This document shows, piece by piece, positions 26,844 to 39,820 of a DNA stretch of 64,000 nt; position 1 is the first letter of the stretch; each line of letters starts with the position of its first letter. Source of the stretch: Mobula hypostoma (taxonomy: Eukaryota); the NCBI RefSeq assembly GCF_963921235.1, contig NC_086112.1, forward strand, positions 39,928,001 to 39,992,000, given 5' to 3'. The position numbers were made by a program, and so were the translations under genes. Below the pieces are notes generated by a model. That model saw only the letters and a list, made by a program, of their open reading frames with translations, had not been told where the DNA came from and made no database searches.

Positions 26844-27756
26844 TTCCTCTCTATGCATTCCGTTTATATTTAATTGCTGCCTCATTATATAAGGAACTCC
26901 ACCTACTCCGGACATTCTGTCTTCTCCCACTTTTTCAAAGATAGTATAGCCTGAAAGCGTATGCCATCAAGTTCAAAGACAGCTTCTATTCCACTGATAT
27001 CAAACTCCTGAATGGACCGCTTGTATGATGAGATGGATTCTTGTCTACCTCGTTATGATCTTGCACTTTATCATTTACCTGCATTGAACTCTTTCAGTAA
27101 CTTTTACATTTTATTCTTCACTGTTGTTGTTTTACCTTATTCTAGCTCAGTGCACTGTGTAATGATTTGATCTACATATATAAGCAGTATGCAAGACAAC
27201 CTTTTCACTGTATTCTTGGTACCAATAGTTTCTTTTTTGTTGTAGATAATGGAAAAATTATATACCCAGAATAACGGTTTCAACAAAATAGTGGAACATC
27301 CATATATTGCGTAACTTACAGCAATGCAATTAACTGTACATCCTTTCTTAACTTCTTTTTATAGTTTTATTTGAAAGTTGAAGCCCCTCTCTAAAATCCA
27401 GCATTGGATTGTAATTATTTGACCATAATTGTGACATTGTGAGCTAAATCTGGATTCTATTTAGGGATGATCCAGTGAATTGTGGTTAATTGGGCAGCCA
27501 CTTATTTGGGACAGCTCTTAAAGAACAAAAACTAATCAAGAAATAGCTGGTATACGCTTTGTTTATTCGGGACATTATGCCACTTAATTGGGACAGAGAC
27601 TGTTGCTGAGCATTTCAAACTAGCATCAGTCGTGGGGCATTAGACATTACACCGTACTTAGCATGGATTGGTTTTAAATAATATAAACTGCACGCATTTA
27701 TGTTTAGAAATCAGTGATTTTTGTCACTGATAGTTGGTAAGAAATAGGGAGTAAGA

Positions 27757-27995
27757 CAATTCCCCTCGTCCTTGCCTACCACCGTATGAGCCTCCACATC
27801 CAACATTTCATTCTCCGCAACTTCTGTCGTCTCCAAAGGGATCCTACCATCAAACATATCTTTACCTCCCCCCCCCACCCCCGTGCTTTCCGTAGGGATT
27901 CCCTGACCCATTCATCCATCCTCACAAATCTCCTTCCCAGCGCTTATCCCTGCATGCTACCTGAATGCTCCGAATGCCCATTCACCCTCTCCCAT
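27757..27995 (+). mobile_element. Penelope-like (Neptune-type) ORF fragment, RT-EN linker
   Basis: PLVLAYH...ILRNF..LQRDP..KHIF...AFRRDSL...C-x4-C-x2-C motif. Confidence 0.75.
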
Positions 27996-28933
27996 CACGA
28001 TGTGGGGATCAGGCCTGCACTTTTGTTGATGAGGTGAGTGTTGACGTTGCTGTCGAGACTGCTTCATGTGTTGACAGACTACATTGATCTTGCGGTCTTA
28101 CTCATTCCCTCCGTTTGGATGTGATGAAGCCACTGCCATGGTAGTAAACTCCACTGAGTTTGTTGGCCAGGGATGGAATCAGTGCCATGTTCCCAGCACA
28201 GCAACACATTTATAATGCTTCTTTTTAGTACTGATTCCATTTGCACTTTCATCCCAAGTGCTTCAGATCAGTGTAAGCAGATATTTAAATGCTTTGCTTA
28301 AATAATAAAAATAGTGTTTGTGATTGAGGAACAAATTGCATAACAATTATACAAATACTTTTGCATTTTCAGGAGAGTATTATGCTGATCATTTGAAGGA
28401 GCAATTTATTCTTCATTTCATGTTAGTTCAAGCAAGTAAAGACTCTTTAGTTCAGGCAAGTTAAACTTTTGAAGGAAATAGGTAGGAATAAAGTAATCGT
28501 AAAATAGCTCACAATGAGAGCAGGTTTTATCTCTGAAGTGGTAGCAAATTAATGGAGGATTAAAAGTGATGAGTGATGGTGGAAAGGAGACATTAAGACA
28601 TAGGTATCGAGTGGATAGTACTGAAGAGTGAGGTAATGATGGCTGGACAAGCATGTAAGAAGGGATGGTGCAGAAGTATAACAAGCAAGGATTATTTTGT
28701 TCTGACAAAATGGGAGGTACTCTGAGTTACAATTTTCTTGTAACCCTCACCAAGCCCCTCCCCACCAAGCCAAGACTGCCACCCTATCTGGTAGGAAAAA
28801 AAAACAGAAGTAGAAATGCATTGAAGGAGAAAAATGGGAGACTGGTTTGGGAGAGAAAATGCACCATAGACTCACCAGAGGCTAAGGATAGAAACTCAGT
28901 CTCTGTATATTCTACACCCACGATATATTTGCT

Positions 28934-29585
28934 CAAAGACGAGAAAATCTGCAGATCCTCAAAATCCAAGCAACACACTCAAAATGCTGGAGGAACTCAG
29001 CTGGCCAGGCAGCATCTATGGAAAAGAGTACAGTCAACGTTTCGGGCTGAGGCACCTTCATCAGGATTGGGAAAAAACATGAGAAGTTAGAGCAAGACGA
29101 TGGGAGGAGGGGAGGAAGAAGCACAAGGTGATAGGTGAAACTGGGGGAGGGAAAGGGATGAAGTAAAGAGCTGGGAAGCTGATGGGTGAAAGAGATAAAG
29201 GGCTGGAGAAAGGGAATCTGATTGGAGAGGGTGAAAGTCTATGGAAGAAAGGGAAGGGGGAGGAGCACCAGAGAGAGTTGATGGACAGGTAAGGAGATAA
29301 GGTGAGAGTGGGAAATGGGAATGGTGAAAGGGCGGTGGGGGGGGAGCGGGCAATTACTGGAAGTTCTGGAAATCGATGTTCATGCCATTAGGTTGGAGGC
29401 TACCCAGATGGAATATAAGGTGTTGCTCCTTCTACCTGAATGTGGCCTCATTGCAGCAGTAGAGGAGTCTATGGACTGACCGGTCCTGATGGAGTGTCTC
29501 AGCCCAAAACGTCAACTGTTTACTCTTTTCCATAGATCCTGCTTGGCCTGCTGAGTTCCTCCAGTATTTTGTGTGTGTTGCAAAT
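28934..29585 (-). mobile_element. Penelope-like element 3' end with inverted terminal repeat
   Basis: 11-bp TSD atatatttgct (28923-28933, 29586-29596); minus-strand EQHLIFHLGSLQPNGMNIDF; inverted arms. Confidence 0.9.
29031..29069 (-). ncRNA. Minimal type I hammerhead ribozyme motif (best-preserved copy)
   Basis: Reverse complement reads CAAUC-CUGAUGA-A-GGUGCCUCAGCCC-GAAAC-GUU-GACUG. Core is intact; helix I has one mismatch. Confidence 0.65.
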
Positions 29586-29753
29586 ATATATTTGCTTTCA
29601 TCTGTGCTTGAAGTTTTGTTCCTCTAAAGTATGCATTACTAAATTGTACATTATCATTACTACTGTCACTGTAATCTTGTATTGAGTATTCAATGACTAG
29701 TTAGTGCAATATAGTATTTAAAATTTTACATAAAACAAGATGCTGATTTGAAG

Positions 29754-30595
29754 TGTTACGTACCCCATAACTGGGTTGCCAAACCAGCAGAAATGGATCA
29801 CTCAGTTGGAGTCTGGATTACTAGAACTAAGAAAGTTTTATTAAAGAAACAAGCAACACAGTACTCTAATCAAAAGGATAATGAATGCAACAGTTCAGCA
29901 ATGATAAACATACATGTACACAGAATTCAGATAACAGGATTAATCAAGCTCTATCGTTGTCTAGGAGTAAATGACCAGTTTCAAAGTGACGCAAAGTTCA
30001 GTTCAGTTCACAGTAATCGCTGCCGTGGGAGATGGACAGTGTGGGGGAAGGAGAGAGAGAGAAAAACCAATGAATATTCAAAACGACTTCCACACAGACC
30101 TTCGCAGTCAGCTTTCGGGCGAGTCCTTTGTGATGTCATCTGAGGTCACCGACCGTGACCCCTCTGTTTCCAGATACAAATCGTTTCCCTGCGGTGAACC
30201 TGGCACCCAGGCAAGGGTGGACACACACCAGATTCCCGCCGATCGTGCCTTTCAAAACTTCCCACCGACTTGTGAGAGACGCACCGCTTCCAGGGTCTCG
30301 TTACCTCAGGTGTCGTGTGTGTGTCCTGCCTTAGCGAACCTGTCCCTTTTTATCCCCCTGCTGGGGTATCGCCTGTCCATCACTTCAAACAGTTCAGGGT
30401 TCAAAGGGGGAGCCGCTCTTGACAGCTCTCTCCTTCTGTTACTCTCTCTCCCGTCCCTTCGTTAACATCTCCAAATGCTGCTCCATTGTTTTCCTTATCT
30501 CTCTCTCTCCTGAAGACAGGTGGCAGACCAACTGCTGATTCCACCGGTGCCAGCCCAGGCCAGCTACATCTTAATCTATGTGTATTCTTGTCACA
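29754..30595. mobile_element. Probable solo LTR (842 bp)
   Basis: TGTTAC...GTCACA termini, flanks gaag/aaag, CpG-richer than flanks, AATAAA on the minus strand near 29837-29842, no recognisable coding motif. Confidence 0.65.
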
Positions 30596-31921
30596 AAAGT
30601 GATATTAAGTTATACTTGTAAAGGTTTGTCTAAATTTTATGGCCGCTAATTCCTTGCAGTAGTGGTAAAAGAGGATTGTATGAAAATTTTAACATTTGTA
30701 TATTGGCTAGCAGAAATGTGAGTAAATTGAATAAGTCGCCAGGAGGGTGACAGATGGGAGAAATAGAGAGGCAGTTATGCCTAAGGTACAGGACATGGGT
30801 GACAGTCAGGAAGGGGAAAAGGGCTAGACAGCCAGTACAGAATACCCCTGTGGCCATCCCCCCTCAACAACACTTTGGGTATTGTTATTGGGTGGGGGGG
30901 TGGGGGGGAGATGACCGAGCAGAGGAAGATCACAGCAGTCACATGGTTACATTTCTGGAATTGAAGCTGCCTCTGTGACTCCAGGGAAAGGGGGAGAAAA
31001 GGCAAGCTGTGGTGATAGGGAATTTGAGGAATTGAAAGGAGGTCTGTGGAAGAGAACGAGATCACCAAGATGATATCTTCCTTCCTGAGTGTCAAGGTCA
31101 TGGACGTCTCAGATTGAGTCCTCAGCATTCATAAGTGGGAGGATGAGCAGCCAGAGGTAGTGGTCCACATAGGTACCAATGACAAAGTGATGAAGTGCTG
31201 CAAAGTGAGTTCGGGGAGTTAGGTGCCAAGTTAAAGGACAGGACATCCAGGGGTTGTGAGCACAGGATTGCTGCTCATGCCACCTGCTAGTGAGGGCAGA
31301 AATAGGAACACGTGGCTAACGAGTTAGTGTAAGAGTGAGGGCGTCAGATTTTTTGATCATTGGGCTCTCTTCCAAGGAAGGTAAAGAAGAGATGGTTTGC
31401 ATCTGAACTGGAAAGTGATCAATTTCCCAACGGGAAGGTTCGTTGGTGCTGCTCGTGGAGTTTAAACTAGAGTTGCAGGGGGATGGGAACCAGAGTGCCA
31501 AAACAGATAGTAGAGAGGTTGTGGAGACAAATGTTGCTAGGACCTCAGGGAAAGTCAGTAATCAAAAGGTTGATCATGGTGCGACTAATCTCCTGAACTT
31601 TGTATATTTCAATGCAAGAAGTACCTTAGGAAAAGCAGATGAGCTTAGGGCATGGATCAGCACATGAAATTATGACATTGTAGCCATTAGTGGACTTGGT
31701 TGGGGGAGAGTCAGGACTAGCAGCTCAATATTCTGGGTTCCATTGCTTTAGATGCGACAGAGTGGGAGTGTTTAAACAGGACAGGGCGGTGTTACTAGTC
31801 AGGGAACATGTCAGGGCACTGCTCAGTCAGGACAGTCTGGAGAATTTGTCTAGTGAGGCTTTATGGGTGGAACTGAAGAATAAGAAAGGTATGACCATGT
31901 TAATGGGGCTATATTATAGAC

Positions 31922-32690
31922 CAGGGGTCCCCAACCCTTTTTGCACTGCGGATCGGTTTAATATTGACAATATTCTTGCGGACTGGCTGACCGGGGGGGT
32001 GGGGGGGGGTGTTCAAGTAGGGTTAAACTCACCTCAACATGTTTTTTACAGTTAGGGTTTCCAACTTTCTCACTTCCAAATAAGGGACAAAGGTAGCAGT
32101 CAAATCCCGGGACACTTGTGTTACCCCAAGAAAGACTGCCATGACCGTGAAGTCTTGCGTGGGCACCTGTGTGCGCATGCGTGACGTGCGCATGTGCATA
32201 CGTGCCGATTTTTTTTCCCCACAAATCAGTTTTGGCTTAATCTTCCCGACTATACTGTACATACATTATTTCTACTTCATATAGGCTCAGTATTTATCAT
32301 ATCATTCCTGCTTTTACTATATGTTAGTGTTATTTTCGGTTTTATGTGTTATTTGGTATGATTTGGTAGGTTATTTTTTGGGTCTGGGAACGCTCAAAAA
32401 ATTTTCCCATAAAATTAATGGTAATTGCTTCTTCGCTTTACGCCATTTCGGCACGAAAGGTTTCGTAGAAATGCTTTACCTTAGCGGGGGAAATACGGGA
32501 CAAGGGCAGTCCCGTATGGGACAAAGCAACTTAACCCAATATACGGGATGTCCCGGAAAATATGGGACAGTTGGCAACCCTATGTTCAAGTTCAACAGTG
32601 CGTGACAGGAAATGAGGAAAGGTGCAGCTGACTCGTATCGTTTCCTCACGGCCCGGTACCGGTCCATGGCTCAGTGGTTGGGGACCACTG
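31922..32690. mobile_element. hAT (Charlie-like) MITE inserted in CR1
   Basis: TIRs caggggtccccaacc / ggttggggaccactg; perfect 8-bp TSD ttatagac (31914-31921, 32691-32698). Confidence 0.92.
32018..32582. mobile_element. Second hAT (Blackjack-like) MITE nested in the first
   Basis: tagggtt...aacccta termini; 8-bp TSD tgttcaag (32010-32017, 32583-32590); subterminal gggaca repeats. Confidence 0.8.
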
Positions 32691-35600
32691 TTATAGACTA
32701 CCCAGTAGTCCGTGGGATTGAGAGGAACAAACCTATAGAGAGACTGCAGACTCCTGCAAGAAACATAATGTTCTTTTAGTAGGTGATTTTAACTTTCCAC
32801 ATATTGGTTAGCCCTAGAAAAGGACTAGATGGGATAAAGTTTGTCAAATGTGTCCAGGAAAGTTTCCTTAGTAAGTCCGGAGAAGTCCGAATGAGAGAGA
32901 GTGTGTGATACTTGATCTCCTATTAGGGAATGAGATCGGGCAGGTAACAGTAGTTTGTGTAGGGGAACCATGATGTCATTGGCTTCAAATAAATATGGAA
33001 AAGAATTGGTCTGGTCTGCAGTCTGAGACTCTTAACTGGAGTGTGGACTGGGACAGGCTGTTTTCTGACAAAGGTGTACTTGGCAAGCGGAAGGCCTTCA
33101 AACGTGAAATTTTTGTGAGTACAAAGCTTGTATGTGCCTGTCTGCATAAAAGGTAAAGATAACAGGTTTAGAGAACCTTAGTTTTTGAGAGATATTGAGA
33201 CCCTGGTTAAGAAAGAAGAGGAGATATAGACAGGTGGGAGCAAGTTGGGTACTTGAGTATAAGAAATGAAAGAGAACTCTTAAATCAGGGCTAAAATCAG
33301 GGTGCTATAGCAGGCAAAGTGAAGGAGAATCCTAAGGGATTCTACAGATGTTACAAGCAGAAGGATTGTAAGGCACAAAATTGGTTCTCTGGAAGATCAG
33401 AATGGTCATCTGTGCCTGGAGCCAAAAGAGATGGGGGAAATCTTAAATGGATTTTTTGCATCTGTATTTACTTGGGAGTCCATAGAATTGAGGCAAAGCA
33501 GCAGTGAAGTCATGGATCCTATGCAGATTACAGAGGAGAAGGTGTTTGCTGTCTTGAGGCAAATTCAGGTGGATAAATCCCGAGGTCCTGACAATGTGCT
33601 CCCTTGGACCCTGTGGGAGGCAAATGCAGATATTGCAGGGGCCCTAGCAGATGTATTTAAATCATCCTTAGCGAGAGATGAGATGCCAGAGAATTACAGT
33701 ATAGCTAACGTTGCTCCACTATTTAAGAAAGTCTCTAACAGTAAACCAGGAAATTACAGGCTGGTGAGCCTGATGTCAATAGTGGGAAAGTTATTGGAAC
33801 GTATTCTAAGGGATTGTGGATATATGAGTATTTGGTTGGACATGGATTGATTAGGGAATTTCAGCATGGTTTTGTGCATGGTAGGTCTTATCCACGCAAT
33901 CTTAAAGTTTTTTTTTGAGTAAGTTACCAGGAAAGTTGATGAAGGCAAGGCAGTGGATGTTGTCTACATGGACTTTTTAGTAAGGTACTTGACAAGGCCC
34001 TGCATGGGAGGATGGTCAAAAAGGTTCAGTCACTTGGCATTCAAGATGAGCTGGTAACTTGGATTAGATATTAGCTTTGTCAGAGAGCCAGAGTGTTAGT
34101 AGGTGGTTGCCTCTCTGACTGGAGGCCTGTGACTAGTAGAGTGCCACAGGGATTGGTGCTGGGTCTGTTGTTGTTTGTCATTTATATCAATGACCTGGAT
34201 GCTGATGTGGTTACCTGGATCTTCAAAATTTGTGGATGACACCAAAATTGGGGGTGTAGTGGATAACAAAGGAGACAATCAGAGCTTGCAGTGGGATCAG
34301 GACCCGCTGGAAAAACGGGCTGCAAAATGGCATTTGGAATTTAATGCAGACTACTGTGAGGTGTTGCACTTTGGTAGAACCAGACAGTCCTTAATCAGTC
34401 CATAGAAGCTCAAACGAGATAATATGCGATACATAATAAATGGTAGGGCACTGGGGAATGCGATCTGGAAATACAGGTCCATAATCCATTGCATTTGACG
34501 GTGCACGTAGATGGGGTCATAAAGAAAGCTTTTGGCACATTGACCTTCATAAATGAATGTATTGAGTACAGAAGATGGGATGTTATGTTGAAGTTGTAAA
34601 AGACGTTAGCAAGACCTAATTTGGGGTATTGAGTGCAGTTTTGGTCACCTAACTCCAGGAAAGATGTAAATAAAGTTGAAAAGATACAGAGGAAATTTAC
34701 AAGGATGTTGCCCGGACTGGAGGACATGAGTTGTAAGGAAAGATTTCCATGTAGGTTGGGTGGGACTACAACCAGAGGTTATGGATTAAGGGTTAAAGGT
34801 GAAATGTTTAAGAGGAACATGAGGGGAATCTTCATCATTCAGAGGGTGGTGAGGGTGTGGAATGAGCTTCCAATGCAAGTGGTGCATACGAGCTCGATTT
34901 CAACACTTAAGAGAAGTTTGATTAGATACGTGGATGACAGGGGTATGGAGGGCTCTGTTCCTGGGTGCAGGTTGATGAGACTAGGCAGTTTAGATGGTTT
35001 GGTATGGACCAGATGGCTGAAGGGCCTGTTTCTGTGTTGTACTTTTCTATGACTCCGACTTTGTGACACTGAGGAATATGGATTGATGGAGTTTACAAGC
35101 TGGCTTCAGTGAATTGGTGGGATAGTTGGACTGCTTTAGAGAAGGAAATGGCCAAATAATATAGTTAAGATTAGGGGAGTATGACAACTTGGTGAAATGA
35201 AAATATGAATTGATGGGCTGTATTTTTTGATACATTTTGGGGGGGGGGAATACAGGATTGATTGCGGGAAATAAATGTAGTGGGTAGTGTTGGCTTAGTC
35301 TGCTGTATCGTAGAAAACAAAGAAGCCAGGAGGAACCAAGAAGGAAGAATCTGAGGAGTTGAGGCAACCAAGGAATGAGCAGCACAAAAGATGGCAGAAC
35401 ACAAATGAGGAAAAGGCGTCACTGATGTACTATGAGTTAGGGAGTAGTTTAAAAGGGACGAATTTCATATTTGATCTGGGGACTGGAGGGTGGAATGAGT
35501 GAATTTAGATTTGAAAATTTTCCATTGATGTATGCATTAATACCTGAGATATTAAGTGCATGAACAAGGAGCAGATTATAGTTTCCATATTCTGAATTGT

Positions 35601-38103
35601 TTTATGAATTATCACAGGTCAACTAGATATAATATTAGGGGCCGGTGATAGGGCAGTAAAGCCTATGTGCCTTTTGCCATTTACTCTTATTAGAAGTTTC
35701 CCCCCCCCCCACCCCCACATGTTGCATTGATAATAGACATATCGGCACTCCTTTATAGGGAATACTTGATGAAAAACCTGGCATGCAGATTTATTGGAAT
35801 GTTCTTAATATGGAAAGATAAATTAGGAAGAGTTTTAGAATTAGGAGCTTTTTAACTGGAACAGGGAAGATTTAGAAGTATGTAGTAGCTTTCAAGATAA
35901 AAAGTTTTGAAGATCAAAAATAATCAAGGCATTAACTCAATGCTACTCTTTATTACCAAACAGAAAAGTTTATTGGAGTATCTTTTCATCCAGTAGGTTG
36001 ATAGATTTCTTAACCACACACATGACACAAAATCATTGAAAAGGAAATGAGTTAAGTAATTACAAAGGTTGGGGCAACAACAGGAGAAGTGAGATGAAAG
36101 TAGATACAGTAGTTCCATCTTAAGATTCAATGCAGGCGTGATTGGCCAACTGGCACCATTTTATTCCCAATAATTTTTAGAATTCAGTGAATGCAAAGGT
36201 GTAACTTAATTGAGGTTCTGATGACTAACAACAAGAAACTCATTTCAAAGGATAACATATTGTTCCCAAACTTTGATATTGGTTTACAGATTTGAAATCA
36301 CTGCAGGATGCTTTCTTCTTTCAGAATTTGTGTGGCAAACCTTTGGAAAATAAATCTCAAACTGAATGTCTAATTTTAAGACTAGCACTGTGACAGTTAC
36401 AGAATTCTTCTGTATTTGACTTTAATAATTATCATATTGTAAACTGTTTAGAGTTCTCCAATTGAAGAATTAATGATTGCAGGCAGTTCCTGAATTTCAG
36501 AAGGGTTACGTTCCTGAGAACTGTTTAATACTTGAATTTTTTGTGAATCTGTAATGACCAAAATTCAGTGTGTAGGAAGGGTTACAGAAACATATCTGAT
36601 GGGATCTTAAGCAGGTGCAGGAAGTGAGTAAGTGAGTCTTTTCAGTGTTCTGTTCCAATTTGTTTGACCCAGTGCCCAGATGTTGCAGCTCCTGGAGCTG
36701 CAACCATTTTAGTTAGCTGAAATGAAAAGAAAAGCAATTTCTAGAAGAAAAAATGTACACCAGTGAATTTCCTACTGCATTAATATAAACGAACAAAACA
36801 AAAACTTAACTTTTAACTGTTTTTGCACCTATGAGGTCTGCCTTAACTTTTAGAGCCTCCATAAGGGATTGAAAATAAGTGTGGTGCTCAGTATTGAATC
36901 GTTTATCCTTGGGTTATTGTAAACTTTATTAGTAGGAGGACCTTGGAGAAACGTTTTAAAAACTAACACAAAATATTGCAAACGCTGGAGTTGGTTTGTA
37001 CATAATTTGTACTTAAAATGCAATGATCTTTTGCAGTAGCTCAAATGTACTGAATAAAACATTGCAACCTACTGGAAACAGCAGGCACAGATGTTTGTAG
37101 TGACATGTTGAAATGGGATTTATGATCTTGTGAATTTTGATTCTTTTCTGCGGTAGCATTTTTTATACTAGGTTAGCCATTTTAGACTACTTCAAACTTG
37201 TAGACTGTTGCATTTTCTATTTTTCTAACCACAATTCTTCTAAATTTTATGACATTCATCCGAAATCTCTGATCTTCTGTGATATAGTGAGATAAATAAT
37301 TTAAACTGTAGCTTTTGTATTTCAGTCTAAAATCTGATCTTTAAGAAATAATTCAAGGACAAAGCAGGTTGCCAGCATTTATAATTCCTTTTGGAGTTGC
37401 TTCCAGTCCCAAATACTCTACTTCCATGGTTAGCCTAATAGGATTGAACTATGCACAGGCTCCTGGTTAAAATACCAGTCATACAGTGATGATACCATTA
37501 TTGGGATTTGAAACACCTTGGTGGTTTTGAACAAATGGCCTTCTCACCTCCACAGCTGCTCCAAGGTGCAGACTAAAATGTTTGTCTACATGCTCACAGA
37601 AGGACATTGACAAGTGCAATCTGCATCTTATTTTGAATGCTCAGCTGCAATGCTGACAGTCAATAATACTTGTCCCATTAATTCTTCAATATAATCATAA
37701 TTATGTGCTATAATTTTGTCCCAATATTATGTGGTAAATATATTTTAAAGTTTGTGTATCTAAACTGCAGGTTCAAGATTATTTAATTTTTTTCGCAGAT
37801 GTGATATTCTCAGTTATATGCAAGTAAACATATTTATTCAATTATTGATACAAGGGTTAGAAATTGTATAGCTTTCAGGATGGGTTAATTAATAATTTAT
37901 GTTCGTTATATATGTGTGTATAGACCTCAAATTATTTTTGCTGATTTGACTATCTATCCTTGTTTATTCCATTTTAATCCCACACCTCAGGAAGGTGTGT
38001 GATCCATTCTGTTTTCAGTTGTAGTTGGAGATTAGCTACAATAGAAAATAAAGTAGATTTAAAAGTTAAATAGCTTCCTGGGGGTAAGTAATAAGGCAAT
38101 ATA

Positions 38104-38135
<32 letters not shown>

Positions 38136-38166
38136 ACACACACACACAGACACAGACACAGACACA
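38104..38166 (+). repeat. Imperfect (CA)n/(CAGACA)n microsatellite
   Basis: Directly visible; ends 50 nt upstream of the exon at 38217. Confidence 0.97.
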
Positions 38167-38216
38167 TGCATAGATGCACTAATGACCAAAGACATACTTG
38201 TTCTTTTGTCTTTCAG

Positions 38217-38279
38217 GCTGAAATTGTCAAGAGACTTAATGCCATTTGTGCTCAGGTCATTCCTTTCTTGTCTCAGGAG
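38217..38279 (+). CDS. TLE4: Groucho/TLE corepressor Q-domain exon (63 nt, AEIVKRLNAICAQVIPFLSQE)
   Basis: Pyrimidine tract ttcttttgtctttcag acceptor, gtaagt donor, phase 0/0. The peptide matches recalled TLE4; TLE1 and TLE3 have TEIAKRLNT and AES has NGICAQVLPY. Confidence 0.95.
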
Positions 38280-39715
38280 GTAAGTTCTGCTTTATGCTGC
38301 AATTTTATTTTGATGCTGAGATTGCGGTTGGCACTTGATTTTGAGGGAGTATTTTTGTTTTTTTCAGGCAATTTCCTTGTTTAGCTCTGGACTACTGAAG
38401 AGTGCTAAAGATTTGACTTGCAAATTGATTTCCTCCCACTTGCTTTAAAATCTTAATAATAAAAATGTAGTTCTGTAGTGGAACTTTAGGCCAACATGAA
38501 ACTATTTATTTTAAAATATCAATTGCTTTCAATGTTGCAACTATATAGGTGGTGGAACAGTGTACATTTATGAAATATATGGAAAGACCTTGCATGTACA
38601 TTCCTTAATCTTTTCTGAAAGTGGTAACTTCTGATGGAATGGGTGCTTAAAAAGTATCTATTTGGTTTTAGGTCACATATAACCCTGGACAATTGTGTCA
38701 AGTGGGCAATTTGCACAATATCTTTGAGTCCAGTCTTTGTAACTTAAATACTCACCTCCATTCATGCAAAATTTACGAGCAGGGATTGGATTGCTCTATA
38801 GCTGAGCAAAGTGTTGATGATTAAGTGGCCACTTGATACCAAAATTCCAAAACGAAAACTTAAATATGATTTATAATATAGTTTATATTGAAAGATAACA
38901 TGAAAATGAACTAGAAGTTTAAAGGTGCAGCATTATTATAATTTGTATTTTTTGTTCTTGGTTCCTTGCACTTCATAATTCGATTTGTTCACTGTATCTT
39001 GCCATTTATGGAGCAGGCTGAGGATGAGAGTACTTGTATTTTCATGGATGCTTCAGCGAAGTATTCTCAATACTATGTACCACTGAGTCTGATGTTTTAG
39101 TTGGAAGTCTGAATTTAAATACTTAGATCTACTGTATATACTTACCAGACTTCTTTAAACCATGAAGACTAGTAGATGTTTTTGTTCGGGTGCTACACTG
39201 TATTTTCTTACCAGTCTTTGTGAATTTATAGAAAGTACATTGTTGAGAAGGTATTATACACAATCTATCAGTTGCTTCTTAAAAAAAACTGCTCAGCAAT
39301 CATAGATTTGGGTACAGTTTTGCAAAGTTTCAGAAATTTATTTTTTACCATGGTTTTCATAACATAATATTGCATTTCTTGCCTATATTTACTGTTATTT
39401 GTAGATTAATTTCAGCTTTTTAAGATGTATTAAAAGTGATAAAATTGCAGGTTTTAGTTGTCAATTTGCAACCAATTTGTAATGTTTCCTTTCAGTTACA
39501 GTTTGTCTTTTGAGTTAGAGTTGAAAAGATTAGTTTATCAAAACTTTTTGTTAGTGAACCCTTCAAAGGGATTGGATTGAGCAGTTAAATATGCTCTGTG
39601 AATAGTACATATGGCACTGACCAGTGAGGTTTTTCACTCTTGTGTTTAAGGAGGATGTAATTCTACAGAATGCAAATGAAACTGACATTATTTGCTTTCT
39701 GAAATTCACTTTCAG

Positions 39716-39790
39716 CACCAACAGCAAGTGGTGCAGGCAGTGGAACGGGCCAAGCAAGTGACCATGGCTGAGCTAAACGCCATCATCGGG
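39716..39790 (+). CDS. TLE4: Groucho/TLE Q-domain exon (75 nt, [25 protein letters not shown])
   Basis: Acceptor actttcag, donor gtacgt, in frame with the previous exon. [11 protein letters not shown] is the TLE4-type variant. Not present in the ORF track. Confidence 0.95.
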
Positions 39791-39820
39791 GTACGTGGTC
39801 TTCAAAGTCTGCCCCTTACA
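39791..39820 (+). CDS. TLE4: Putative alternative 5' splice-site extension ([10 protein letters not shown])
   Basis: 30 nt in frame, followed by gtgtgt. Resembles the VRGLP...T 10-aa inserts recalled from TLE1/TLE3 isoforms. Confidence 0.7.

Larger units (their letters stand above)
24222..27225 (+). mobile_element. Rex1/Babar LINE remnant with two nested insertions
   Basis: KPWMN, SLPDEHNTLYACFE, YKFADDTTV, WFHDNNLSLN motifs; 3' UTR runs to ~27225. Confidence 0.85.
30750..35055 (+). mobile_element. Near full-length degenerate CR1 LINE
   Basis: ORF1 (WVTVRKG, VVVHIGTND esterase-like), APE (YFNARS, GDFNFP), RT ([23 protein letters not shown]) and CR1 tail gggcctgtttctgtgttgta. Confidence 0.92.

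Noticed and set aside
27470-27755. Possible Tigger-like DNA transposon end (also ~36478-36570)
   Set aside because: No partner TIR or TSD found, so it is not supportable as a feature.
29748-30465. 131-aa and 164-aa ORFs as novel genes
   Set aside because: They lie almost entirely within the probable solo LTR, have no recognisable domain and cross simple repeats.
38166-38384. 72-aa ORF as a standalone gene
   Set aside because: Only 38217-38279 is TLE-like and bounded by splice sites; the rest is intron.
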